Shown piece after piece: positions 47,722-55,214 of a stretch of 64,000 nucleotides of DNA. The notes below the pieces were generated by a model, which saw only the letters and a program-made list of their open reading frames with translations, did no database searches and had not been told where the DNA came from. How positions within the stretch are numbered: position 1 is the stretch's first letter; every line of letters begins with the position of its first letter. The position numbers were made by a program, and so were the translations under genes. This DNA comes from a virus: IMG/VR virus record IMGVR_UViG_3300019850_000189, positions 32,001-96,000 of that record. The stretch is one strand, 5' to 3'.

Positions 47722-47961
47722 ATGAAAGCCAAACTCGAATTTGATTTACCAGAAGAAAAAGATGATTTTAAGATGGCCACCAAGGGACCAGATTATTACT
47801 TCACTTTATGGGCCCTTGATCAAGAAATAAGGAATATTCTGAAGTATAATAAATTTCCGTCGGATAAGGTTAAGACACCAGGTGATATGGCAGAGCATAT
47901 AAGAGATGTGCTATATCAGATAATGGAAGATAGAAATTTAATCTTTAATGAAATAAGCTAA
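47722..47961 (+). CDS. Conserved phage hypothetical protein
   Basis: MKAKLEFDLPEE...A...LW.LDQ.IR..LKY pattern. Confidence 0.7.
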   Translation: MKAKLEFDLPEEKDDFKMATKGPDYYFTLWALDQEIRNILKYNKFPSDKVKTPGDMAEHIRDVLYQIMEDRNLIFNEIS

Positions 47962-47964
47962 TGC

Positions 47965-48037
47965 TGCGGATTAGACTGGAGTGGCTCCAGCGCGGTCTCA
48001 TAAGCCGACTACCCCTGTTCGACTCAGGGATCCGCGA
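47965..48037 (+). tRNA. tRNA-Met(CAT), initiator-like
   Basis: tgcggat/atccgcg; loop ctCATaa. Confidence 0.8.
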
Positions 48038-48122
48038 AATACAATGAAAAAATCTAGCCATTGGATTATTGGCGTAGATTGAGCGATCAATTGATATAGC
48101 CTTCGAAGAAAGGGTAATTTTC

Positions 48123-48428
48123 ATGTTAAAAAAAATAATAATTGTTTTGCTGTGTCTGATTGTATTGAGTGCCGTCTGTTCCTTGGGAAACAGTGCCTAT
48201 GATGCTATAAAGAAAGCGCGCTACGCTAGGGCTGAAAAAATTTACTTTAATTTTATAATAGAGATATCCAGGAGTTCCATACGCTATTACAATATATTTT
48301 ATAATCCTTACTCAAATCGGTATAATATTAAAATAATAGACAGTAATTACGTGCTGCATGAATATAATAAGGTTAGATTGAATTATCTGCCTTCGATTTT
48401 AGAAGACATCAGCAATAAGCCTCAGTAG
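48123..48428 (+). CDS. Membrane-anchored hypothetical protein
   Basis: N-terminal hydrophobic helix. Confidence 0.55.
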   Translation: MLKKIIIVLLCLIVLSAVCSLGNSAYDAIKKARYARAEKIYFNFIIEISRSSIRYYNIFYNPYSNRYNIKIIDSNYVLHEYNKVRLNYLPSILEDISNKPQ

Positions 48429-48490
48429 CCAAGTGGTTTGGCACTCGGCTCATATCCGGGAATACGGGGGTTCAAATCCCTCCTGAGGCA
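48419..48490 (+). tRNA. tRNA-Met(CAT) (elongator or Ile2)
   Basis: gcctcag/ctgaggc; ctcgg-ctCATat-ccggg. Confidence 0.88.
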
Positions 48491-48534
48491 AATGAACGGA
48501 TTATTCCCGTATAAGAAGGTAAGATAATTATGTT

Positions 48535-48792
48535 ATGTTGTCTGAAAATGCAATATATGTTATCCAAAATCAGAAAAAGATCAGAGAAGGATATTTACGC
48601 TATAAATATATCATACTTAAATACTGGGATGGATTACACTGGATTGTAAGATTTCTAAAGAATGGCAATACTAATTGGATTGCGCTAACAGAAACCAGGC
48701 TTGTGAATATGATTGGTGACGGGACTATTAGAATTCCTGACGCGCATGAAAGATTAGAGGCAATGATAATGGAGAATAAATTGGGGTATTAA
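48535..48792 (+). CDS. Hypothetical protein
   Basis: ORF between tRNAs. Confidence 0.5.
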   Translation: MLSENAIYVIQNQKKIREGYLRYKYIILKYWDGLHWIVRFLKNGNTNWIALTETRLVNMIGDGTIRIPDAHERLEAMIMENKLGY

Positions 48793-48858
48793 TGATGTCG
48801 CAAAAGAAAATGGGGAATAATGAAATATTTTATCAAAAATATAGGGGGATAAAATGAT

Positions 48859-49125
48859 ATGGAAGAGAAACAGAAGACAGGACCTGTAGAAGACGTATTA
48901 AATAACTTAAATGATACGGTAAAGCAATTAGACGTCCTTGTTAATAAATTGCGAGGGCAACTAAAACCCGTATTGGAATCAGAAGGGGAAGAAGATAAAG
49001 AAGAGTTAAAACAACCTTCGGTACCTGTGACTTGTCCCCTTGAACGAGCACTTATGAATACACAGGAGAGTGTAAATAATATAAAATTTAATATCGATGA
49101 AATATTGCGCAGATTAAGAGTTTGA
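48859..49125 (+). CDS. Hypothetical coiled-coil protein
   Basis: AGGGGG SD. Confidence 0.65.
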   Translation: MEEKQKTGPVEDVLNNLNDTVKQLDVLVNKLRGQLKPVLESEGEEDKEELKQPSVPVTCPLERALMNTQESVNNIKFNIDEILRRLRV

Positions 49126-49169
49126 AAGATTAGAGACAATGATAATGGAAAATAAATTGAGATATTAAT

Positions 49170-49240
49170 GCTTCCATAGTACAAAGGCAGTGCAGTAGGT
49201 TGCCAATCTACGAATGCCGGTTCGATTCCGGCTGGAAGCT
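49170..49240 (+). tRNA. tRNA-Gly(GCC)
   Basis: gcttcca/tggaagc; ttGCCaa. Confidence 0.92.
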
Positions 49241-49254
49241 CACGGGGCTATACT

Positions 49255-49575
49255 ATGAAAGCGATATTATATAAAATCAAAGTCTATGAAAGCTTTCTGT
49301 CTTTTAATCATAGTATGGGCCAGGAAATTTGGGAAATTTACATTCCAAGAGAGCACATGTGCATTAATGAGAAAGCTGGAGTTTTCGTAAGTGAAGAACC
49401 AAGAGACAATAAGTATAAAACCGAGATAGAAATATCGCACAAGAGTATTGATATACTTGAAGAATTTTTGCGCGCACAAAAAGATATGCTATCGGAAGTT
49501 GAACATATATTTGATAGTCTTAGAGATGTGGGCCTGGCAGCAAAGCCTAAACCTTCTGGACTTGTCAAGCGATGA
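49255..49575 (+). CDS. Hypothetical protein
   Basis: ORF between tRNAs; GGGG SD. Confidence 0.6.
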   Translation: MKAILYKIKVYESFLSFNHSMGQEIWEIYIPREHMCINEKAGVFVSEEPRDNKYKTEIEISHKSIDILEEFLRAQKDMLSEVEHIFDSLRDVGLAAKPKPSGLVKR

Positions 49576-49579
49576 AAAT

Positions 49580-49650
49580 GGAGCATTTGTGTAGTGGTAG
49601 CACGCAGGCCTGTCTAACCTGAGGCAGGGGATCGTTCCCCCTATGCTCCG
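49580..49650 (+). tRNA. tRNA-Asp(GTC), atypical T-loop (ATCGTTC)
   Basis: ggagcat/atgctcc; ctGTCta; C31:A39 mismatch. Confidence 0.75.
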
Positions 49651-49672
49651 CATGAATAAAGAGAGGGATAAT

Positions 49673-50350
49673 ATGGAATTAGGCGGCGACGTATCAGAGA
49701 TTTTGAATGTAAGACGCTATCGTAAATATGGCTATCAACTTGTTTACTTTATGACAACTGGTCATGGCTTTAGTAAGGAGCCATTTAAAATGTGCACAGC
49801 GCTTACGTGGCCTGAAGGATTATATATAGGTGATAAAAAAACGGCTTATTTTCTTTGTGTAAAAAAAGGAATAAAACCCGAAAAGATTCCCAAAAAGCCG
49901 TTGCCCAAGTCAGATAAAGCAAAAAGGCTTTTAGAAAATATTGATGGAGATATTACGCCGTGTTCAATCGGTTTTTGTGATAAAGATCAAAAGTGGTATG
50001 GATGGTCTCACAGAGCCATATATGGCTTCGGTATTGGTAGCAGAGTTAAAAAGGGTGATTGCGGTTATATACCATTTAGTCCCGAAGATATGCTGGAGGA
50101 TATGATTAGATTTGATAGTGATGACAATCACGTTATACTGGGACATTCTCTTCGTGCTGAAGATCCAAATCATGAAATAGAAGGGTTTGGTATACTTGTC
50201 AAAGAGGAAATTAAGTCTAAAAGCGGCAGATCTATATTAAGTACTGATTGGGAACCATATCCCGTTCCTTGGGGTAAGGGGGAATGGAAAGCTAAAACTC
50301 TTGAAGATGCCAAGCAGATGGCCATAAATTTTGCTCAAGGTATTGCATGA
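49673..50350 (+). CDS. Conserved phage hypothetical protein
   Basis: GAGGG SD before ATG 49673; CSIGF...QKWYGWSHRAIYGFGIG motif. Confidence 0.75.
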   Translation: MELGGDVSEILNVRRYRKYGYQLVYFMTTGHGFSKEPFKMCTALTWPEGLYIGDKKTAYFLCVKKGIKPEKIPKKPLPKSDKAKRLLENIDGDITPCSIGFCDKDQKWYGWSHRAIYGFGIGSRVKKGDCGYIPFSPEDMLEDMIRFDSDDNHVILGHSLRAEDPNHEIEGFGILVKEEIKSKSGRSILSTDWEPYPVPWGKGEWKAKTLEDAKQMAINFAQGIA

Positions 50351-50553
50351 GAAGAAAGAAGAAATTAGAATTAGCCAAAAGACTTTTATGTAATAAATGC
50401 TGCGGCACATGCTATAATCGTTTAGGTAATGGTTATTGCCGTTTATTATTGGATAAAGGTGCTAATGTTTCTCGCGTGAGCGATAATCAATATTGCAAAA
50501 ACTGGAAGCCGGATGTTGAAGGCCGTATTAAATTCAGCTTAACTTGGGGATAG
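50347..50553 (+). CDS. Small Cys-rich hypothetical protein (AKRLL...CxxC family)
   Basis: ATGA overlap; paralogous motif at 61860 and 61381. Confidence 0.55.
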   Translation: MRRKKKLELAKRLLCNKCCGTCYNRLGNGYCRLLLDKGANVSRVSDNQYCKNWKPDVEGRIKFSLTWG

Positions 50554-50566
50554 TGGAGGTTTAACT

Positions 50567-50860
50567 TTGGGAGTATATGACTGCTATGGTAATTGTCAAC
50601 TTAAAATTGGTCCATGTGAATTAGATGTTTATGATATAGGAGATAAAGTTCCAATCACAGATGGAATATATTTGGATTATGGTGGAGCAGTTGTTATTAA
50701 AGATGGAATATTTGTCGCAGAGTTCAAAGAGTTAACCGATAAATATGGCGGTTCTATAGATATAGAACAAGTGGCCAATGAAAGGAATCCATTATATGAA
50801 TTGACACAACAAGTTACTAAAAACGCCAAGAAACAGACGGGCCCTACAGATAAATTATAG
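50567..50860 (+). CDS. Hypothetical protein
   Basis: GGAGG SD; TTG start. Confidence 0.65.
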   Translation: MGVYDCYGNCQLKIGPCELDVYDIGDKVPITDGIYLDYGGAVVIKDGIFVAEFKELTDKYGGSIDIEQVANERNPLYELTQQVTKNAKKQTGPTDKL

Positions 50861-50898
50861 ATAGTAGGATTGTAGTTGATGCTGGCGAATCCGGATGA

Positions 50899-50970
50899 TC
50901 CTCTCTGATGAAATGGGTATCATAGTTGACCGTTAATCAACCTTTTATGGTTCGAATCCATAGGGAGGAG
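50899..50970 (+). tRNA. tRNA-Asn(GTT), C33
   Basis: tcctctc/gggagga; gttga-ccGTTaa-tcaac. Confidence 0.85.
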
Positions 50971-51192
50971 AATGAGAAGAAACACAAAAAAATGTCCTAA
51001 ATGCGGTCGCCTTGTGGGCTTGAGAAATTATAAGAGAAAAAGAAAAGCAAGGTCGGGCAGTAAAACAAATAGAAGTATATAGAGTCCTTAGGGATCAGGG
51101 AATGATTGTTCGCATGAGAGGAGTGTTGATAGTATTTGAGAAAATATCAAAATTTGTGCCAAAAAATAGGTTAATGTAGCATATATACAAAT

Positions 51193-51427
51193 ATGGGCAG
51201 GTTCCGTTATAATGCACTAGCAGAGGAATAAGCGCGGCGGTTCGGAAAGACGAACTTAGATTATCAGGTGACTGCCGGCAATAGTTCGGCGCGCCATCTA
51301 ATGCGAGGTTTAATTTAAAACCTCATCACGGCGATTTAATTGATTTAGGCCTGTGGCTGCGAATGCCAATAATCGAAACCAATAGAGATCGCAAAGCGAA
51401 TAATCCGTTGGAAGTCCGCCTGCCCAT
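51193..51427 (+). ncRNA. Candidate structured ncRNA of unknown family (~235 nt)
   Basis: Perfect 9-bp terminal helix atgggcagg/cctgcccat; several internal hairpins, including a GAAA loop; GC-rich; CATATATA motif immediately upstream. Confidence 0.55.
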
Positions 51428-51446
51428 TATTATATTAGGATATGAT

Positions 51447-51623
51447 ATGAATCTTCAAGAAGCGAAAGCACTCGTCGGAAAAACAGTTGAATTTTCCGGG
51501 GCTTTCAGACACATTTACAAGGCCAAAATATTTAAAGTGCGAGAGTTTAGTGACATTATCGTCGCCGAACTGGATGATGGATCGACCGTAATTAATATAG
51601 AATTATTAAGACTGTTAGATTAA
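51447..51623 (+). CDS. Small hypothetical protein
   Basis: AGGA SD; start placed after the ncRNA. Confidence 0.5.
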   Translation: MNLQEAKALVGKTVEFSGAFRHIYKAKIFKVREFSDIIVAELDDGSTVINIELLRLLD

Positions 51624-51627
51624 TAGT

Positions 51628-51699
51628 GCCCCTCAAGCATACTCGGTGATGTGCCGGTTTTGTACGCCGGAGAAGGGAGTTCGATTCTCCCGGGGGGCT
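51628..51699 (+). tRNA. tRNA-Thr(TGT)
   Basis: gcccctc/ggggggc; ttTGTac. Confidence 0.88.
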
Positions 51700-51718
51700 G
51701 ATTGAATATTGATTTCAT

Positions 51719-51791
51719 GCCCTCGTAGCTTAATAGGTAAAGCAATTTCTCGGTAAGGAAGAGAGTCCGGATTCAATTTCCGGCGAGGGCT
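51719..51791 (+). tRNA. tRNA-Thr(GGT), C33
   Basis: gccctcg/cgagggc; loop tcGGTaa. Confidence 0.85.
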
Positions 51792-51813
51792 CACAGATGT
51801 CTATACATATTAC

Positions 51814-51885
51814 GCCCACATAGCTTTAATGGAAAGCGGGAATTTCGTAAGTTCCAAGTTGCCGGTTCAAATCCGACTGTGGGCT
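51814..51885 (+). tRNA. tRNA-Thr(CGT)
   Basis: gcccaca/tgtgggc; ttCGTaa. Confidence 0.9.
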
Positions 51886-51932
51886 TAATTTTATGCCCAT
51901 AGCATATATAACAAATAAAGGGAGGTGCAAAA

Positions 51933-52109
51933 ATGAGCGATATTAATGTTGAAAAGGAAGACAACATACGTAAGCTTACAGAGCTTAGGTCAACCTTACA
52001 AGTGCTAGGATCAGTTAACCCTAACACGGATGAGGAAGTATGTAAAAGATTGTCAGCTATTAAAAGAAGTATACTTGACAAGATTGATAAACTTGTTGAA
52101 GAGATATAA
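51933..52109 (+). CDS. Small hypothetical protein (58 aa, missed by ORF track)
   Basis: GGGAGG SD; MSDINVEKEDNIRKLTELRS... Confidence 0.6.
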   Translation: MSDINVEKEDNIRKLTELRSTLQVLGSVNPNTDEEVCKRLSAIKRSILDKIDKLVEEI

Positions 52110-52114
52110 AAGTC

Positions 52115-52143
52115 TTTACAAATTGGCAATTATGTGTTATACT
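52115..52143 (+). promoter_or_regulatory. Sigma70-like promoter
   Basis: TTTACA-17 nt-TATACT. Confidence 0.7.
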
Positions 52144-52155
52144 AAAGAAGTGAAT

Positions 52156-52593
52156 ATGAAAGAATACCATAGATATCATCATTTAGAACTAGCATTAGAA
52201 AGATTTGACATATCAAAAAAAATAATAAAAAAAAGCTTTACAAAAGAACAATTCTATTGTATAATTATAAATATGAAGGAAAAAGGCAAAATGGAAGCAA
52301 TAGATGACTTTTTGTGGTTCTCTGAACTGCAACTAAGTACGGGCATTTGCTTGGTTTTACAAAGTGACCGAAACCTGCCATCCGAGGGCTATACTATCCC
52401 CAAGCGAATATCGGATGAAAAAACCCGGTTACCAGTGAGCTTTCGCCTCCTTCATCGACTTGAGGCTGATGACCGAAGTACATTTCCCCAATTGAATGAA
52501 AATGCCAATGGTATTTCATCTCAATTCGCTTTAAAGGGATTAGTGGAAAACCCGGTTGATCTTGTAGGCTCAGTCTCATTCAGTCGCAATTAA
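52156..52593 (+). CDS. Hypothetical protein; 3' two-thirds may be read-through of a structured element
   Basis: Starts after a promoter; base composition becomes more GC-rich at ~52320. Confidence 0.35.
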   Translation: MKEYHRYHHLELALERFDISKKIIKKSFTKEQFYCIIINMKEKGKMEAIDDFLWFSELQLSTGICLVLQSDRNLPSEGYTIPKRISDEKTRLPVSFRLLHRLEADDRSTFPQLNENANGISSQFALKGLVENPVDLVGSVSFSRN

Positions 52594-52644
52594 GGTGACA
52601 ATTTGCCACTTTAAAATAAAATATTTCCTTGACAGGGGGATCTC

Positions 52645-53106
52645 GTGAAAAAGATCACATTATTTCTAGTAGCATTGTTGTTTATTTTGGCAGTTGGAGT
52701 TGTGGCATTTGCAGACATGAAGCCTGCTGACATCGTTGGTAATTGGCTGATTATGCAGGAGTCAAGTGCGGATCAGGATGGCCTTACGCTCTACGAGAAA
52801 GGCTCTGATAGTTATGTCATCTTTAAGTTCAAAGATGATATAATTTGTGCTCCTGCTTTCAATAAAAATGGTGTCAATCATGTTGCCACTTATGATTCTG
52901 GTGAGTATGTAACTGTTAGTAAAGTTAGCATATTTACTGATTCATATGGTAAAAAATGGTATCACTTCTATGACAATTGGTATAACATAGATGTTATGTT
53001 AAAGTTTCATAACAAAGATATCGTTTATGGTTATGCGATCAATGATGACTGGACATTGAAAATAGTGCTCAAGAGATCAGGCACATTCGACTTGAAAAGT
53101 GAATAA
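52645..53106 (+). CDS. Secreted hypothetical protein
   Basis: AGGGGG SD; signal peptide ending AFA. Confidence 0.7.
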   Translation: MKKITLFLVALLFILAVGVVAFADMKPADIVGNWLIMQESSADQDGLTLYEKGSDSYVIFKFKDDIICAPAFNKNGVNHVATYDSGEYVTVSKVSIFTDSYGKKWYHFYDNWYNIDVMLKFHNKDIVYGYAINDDWTLKIVLKRSGTFDLKSE

Positions 53107-53125
53107 TTAAAATAGCAATGAGTTG

Positions 53126-53155
53126 AAAGCCTCGGATATTCGAGGCTTTTTTTTT
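53126..53155 (+). terminator. Intrinsic terminator
   Basis: aaagcctcg / cgaggcttt plus T-run. Confidence 0.85.
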
Positions 53156-53692
53156 GCCAAAATAATTATGTTATGGAGGATAAAATGCAATTAAAGAAAT
53201 ATGAGCGTCAGACAAGATCTTGGTGAAGAAAGTTTTGATGGCAAGACTGGGAAATATTTATTTGACTTTGTCTATGAATATACTAGATAATGTAAAGATA
53301 ATCCTGTTATGGGACTATACGAACAATCTAGAAATACAAAGCAGTATAAACTATTGATTGATGCTGGTTTTAAGGAAGTTACGCCAGTAGTTACTCGTAA
53401 GCGTGGTTCTTTTACTGGGGGAGCTAAATAAAATTTTTCTGGATGCATATATACAGGTATGTTATGAGTGAGTGAGTGTGGTTAATGTATTTGGGAAAAT
53501 ATATTTGATTAGCAAAAATAAACTTTCTTGGAATTATTGCCAAGATAATTTCACCAAAATAAAGAGTGAGAAATTATTATGAATAGATTATCTTCAAAGC
53601 CGCAACAGTTTAGTATTAATTGGTCACATTCCGCGATAGCCGGAGTACATCCAATTATGCGATTGTAAGGACGAATTACTCTTTTTCTCGGT

Positions 53693-53722
53693 AAGCCTTC
53701 CTTACATGGAAGGCTTTTTTTT
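53693..53722 (+). terminator. Intrinsic terminator
   Basis: aagccttcc / ggaaggctt plus T-run. Confidence 0.85.
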
Positions 53723-53729
53723 GACTATA

Positions 53730-53802
53730 GCAGCCATAGTGTTTAATGGTAGCACACGATCCTTCCAAGTTCGATGTGGGGGTTCAAATCCCCCTGGCTG
53801 CT
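53730..53802 (+). tRNA. tRNA-Gly(TCC)
   Basis: gcagcca/tggctgc; ctTCCaa. Confidence 0.9.
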
Positions 53803-53807
53803 CATGA

Positions 53808-53882
53808 GCGTCCGTAGCTCTAATTGCGCAGAGTGCCGATCTCCAAAATCGGATGTTGCAGGTTCGAATCCTGCCGGACGTG
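53808..53882 (+). tRNA. tRNA-Trp(CCA)
   Basis: gcgtccg/cggacgt; ccgat-ctCCAaa-atcgg. Confidence 0.9.
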
Positions 53883-53885
53883 ATA

Positions 53886-53959
53886 CGGGAAGTGGGCTAA
53901 AGGTGAGCCGCCTGGTCAGGGGCAGGACATCCAAGTGGATTCGATTTCCACCTTCCCGA
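53886..53959 (+). tRNA. Aberrant tRNA-Pro-like gene (8-nt anticodon loop, or AGG anticodon)
   Basis: Pro-type acceptor cgggaag/cttcccg with A73; intact D and T arms; anticodon arm cctg-gtcagggg-cagg. Confidence 0.6.
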
Positions 53960-53989
53960 ATGATTTATGAAAATTGCAATAAAGGTACT

Positions 53990-54076
53990 TATGCCGGTGG
54001 CAGTTTTTGTTGCCAAGAATACGCAGAGCGGCAGTCCCAAAACTGTTGGTTGCAGGTTCGAATCCTGCCGGCCGTG
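53990..54076 (+). pseudogene. Degenerate tRNA-Trp-like element
   Basis: 23-nt T-arm identical to that of tRNA-Trp at 53855-53877; 6-nt anticodon loop cccaaa; poor acceptor pairing. Confidence 0.5.
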
Positions 54077-54248
54077 ATACATAGATAGCATTACGAGACA
54101 AGATTAAAAAATATAGTAGAAAGGCAGGAATTATTATACGAAAAGGTGTCCGATATGTGGCAAAGAAATCCACAACAAATATAGAACATTTTGTTCTAAT
54201 AGTTGTTCATCCAAAGCAAAGTGGCGAGATGCTCAATACAGAAGCAAG

Positions 54249-55088
54249 ATGCTTAGTGCTCTCTCAAAGCAATCTGTAAGAGTACAGAAAACATGTCCTT
54301 TATGTGGCTCTGTCTTTTATGTTGAACGCAAAGTGCTTAATGGTATGCCACATCAAAAATCTAAAGAACGTAAGTTTTGTTCTATAAAATGTGCTCGTGC
54401 TTATTCTACAATCGGCGATCGTGGAAAACACAAGATAGCGGCTTGTATTGTTTGTGGTAAGCCTATAATTGTAGGTAAAAGAACGGACGTTTCTAGGGTT
54501 AAGTGCGATAATTGTAAGTCAACACGAACGCACAACAAAAAGTCTTATACCTGTAAAGTTTGCGGTAAAAGCATAGGCAAGACAAAAACCGGACTTTGCG
54601 CGTCTTGTCTGCATAAATCTAAAGAATATAAAAAAAAGTTGTCGGATTCACAAAAACGTCTCGTTAAAAACGGCACTCATATCGGGTGGCAAGTAAGATC
54701 AAAGCTTAGCTATCCAGAAAGGTTTTTTATCAATGTATTGAAAATAAATAGCTTGAACGAACAGTTTATAGTCAATCATCCGGTCAAAAAAAACTCTTTA
54801 GGAGTGCAGAGCTCAAGTTGTTATTTTTTGGATTTCTTTTTTCCTGATAAGATGATTGATTTAGAAATTGACGGTAAACAGCACAAATACAAGGACAGAA
54901 AGCAAAGCGATAAAGTGAGAGATAATCTATTACGTAAATCCGGCTACAATGTTTTTAGAATTGAATGGAAATCTATTAATAATGATACCGGCAAACAGTA
55001 TATTCGAGAAAGAATTTCTGAATTTTTGAAATTCTTTCATTCGACTGGGAGTAGCGCAGTTAGGAGCGCGCAGCGCCTGGGACGCTGA
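54249..55088 (+). CDS. Homing endonuclease (multiple Zn fingers plus DUF559/Vsr-like domain)
   Basis: Several CxxC pairs; YFLDFFFPDKMIDLEIDGKQH...RDNLLRKSGYNVFRIEW; 3' end overlaps tRNA-Pro. Confidence 0.8.
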   Translation: MLSALSKQSVRVQKTCPLCGSVFYVERKVLNGMPHQKSKERKFCSIKCARAYSTIGDRGKHKIAACIVCGKPIIVGKRTDVSRVKCDNCKSTRTHNKKSYTCKVCGKSIGKTKTGLCASCLHKSKEYKKKLSDSQKRLVKNGTHIGWQVRSKLSYPERFFINVLKINSLNEQFIVNHPVKKNSLGVQSSSCYFLDFFFPDKMIDLEIDGKQHKYKDRKQSDKVRDNLLRKSGYNVFRIEWKSINNDTGKQYIRERISEFLKFFHSTGSSAVRSAQRLGR

Positions 55089-55117
55089 GGTCGTGGGGGC
55101 AGAGCCCACCTCCCAGA
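55045..55117 (+). tRNA. tRNA-Pro(TGG), C33, atypical T-loop (GGCAGAG)
   Basis: ctgggag/ctcccag; cagcg-ccTGGga-cgctg. Confidence 0.8.
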
Positions 55118-55214
55118 CATTCGATCTTTGACATAGAAAAGACTTAAAATATTTGATCCTGGAAGCATATATAATAATAGTATCACATAAGTTCTTTGAG
55201 ATTATTATTAACGT

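Noticed and set aside
419-50173. Numerous 60-160 aa antisense or alternate-frame ORFs shadowing long genes
   Set aside because: They lie fully inside well-supported genes, lack SDs, and have the hydrophobic/Phe-rich composition expected from the antisense of A-rich coding DNA.
51193-51427. Assignment of the unknown RNA to Y RNA, SAM-I riboswitch or a second RNase P
   Set aside because: Partial word matches (GGUUCCG, TTATC...CGGCAA, GAGGAA) are not accompanied by the required partner strands.
52466-52480. Hammerhead ribozyme core (CTGATGA)
   Set aside because: It is followed by CCGAAG, with no stem II and no GAAA, so the core is incomplete.
53743-54173. ORF-track entries overlapping tRNA clusters (also 54930-55361, 56161-56436, 56543-56827, 58679-58882, 60553-60861, 61185-61379)
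   Set aside because: They are open frames across GC-rich tRNA or RNase P sequence, or their antisense, with no SD or protein motifs.
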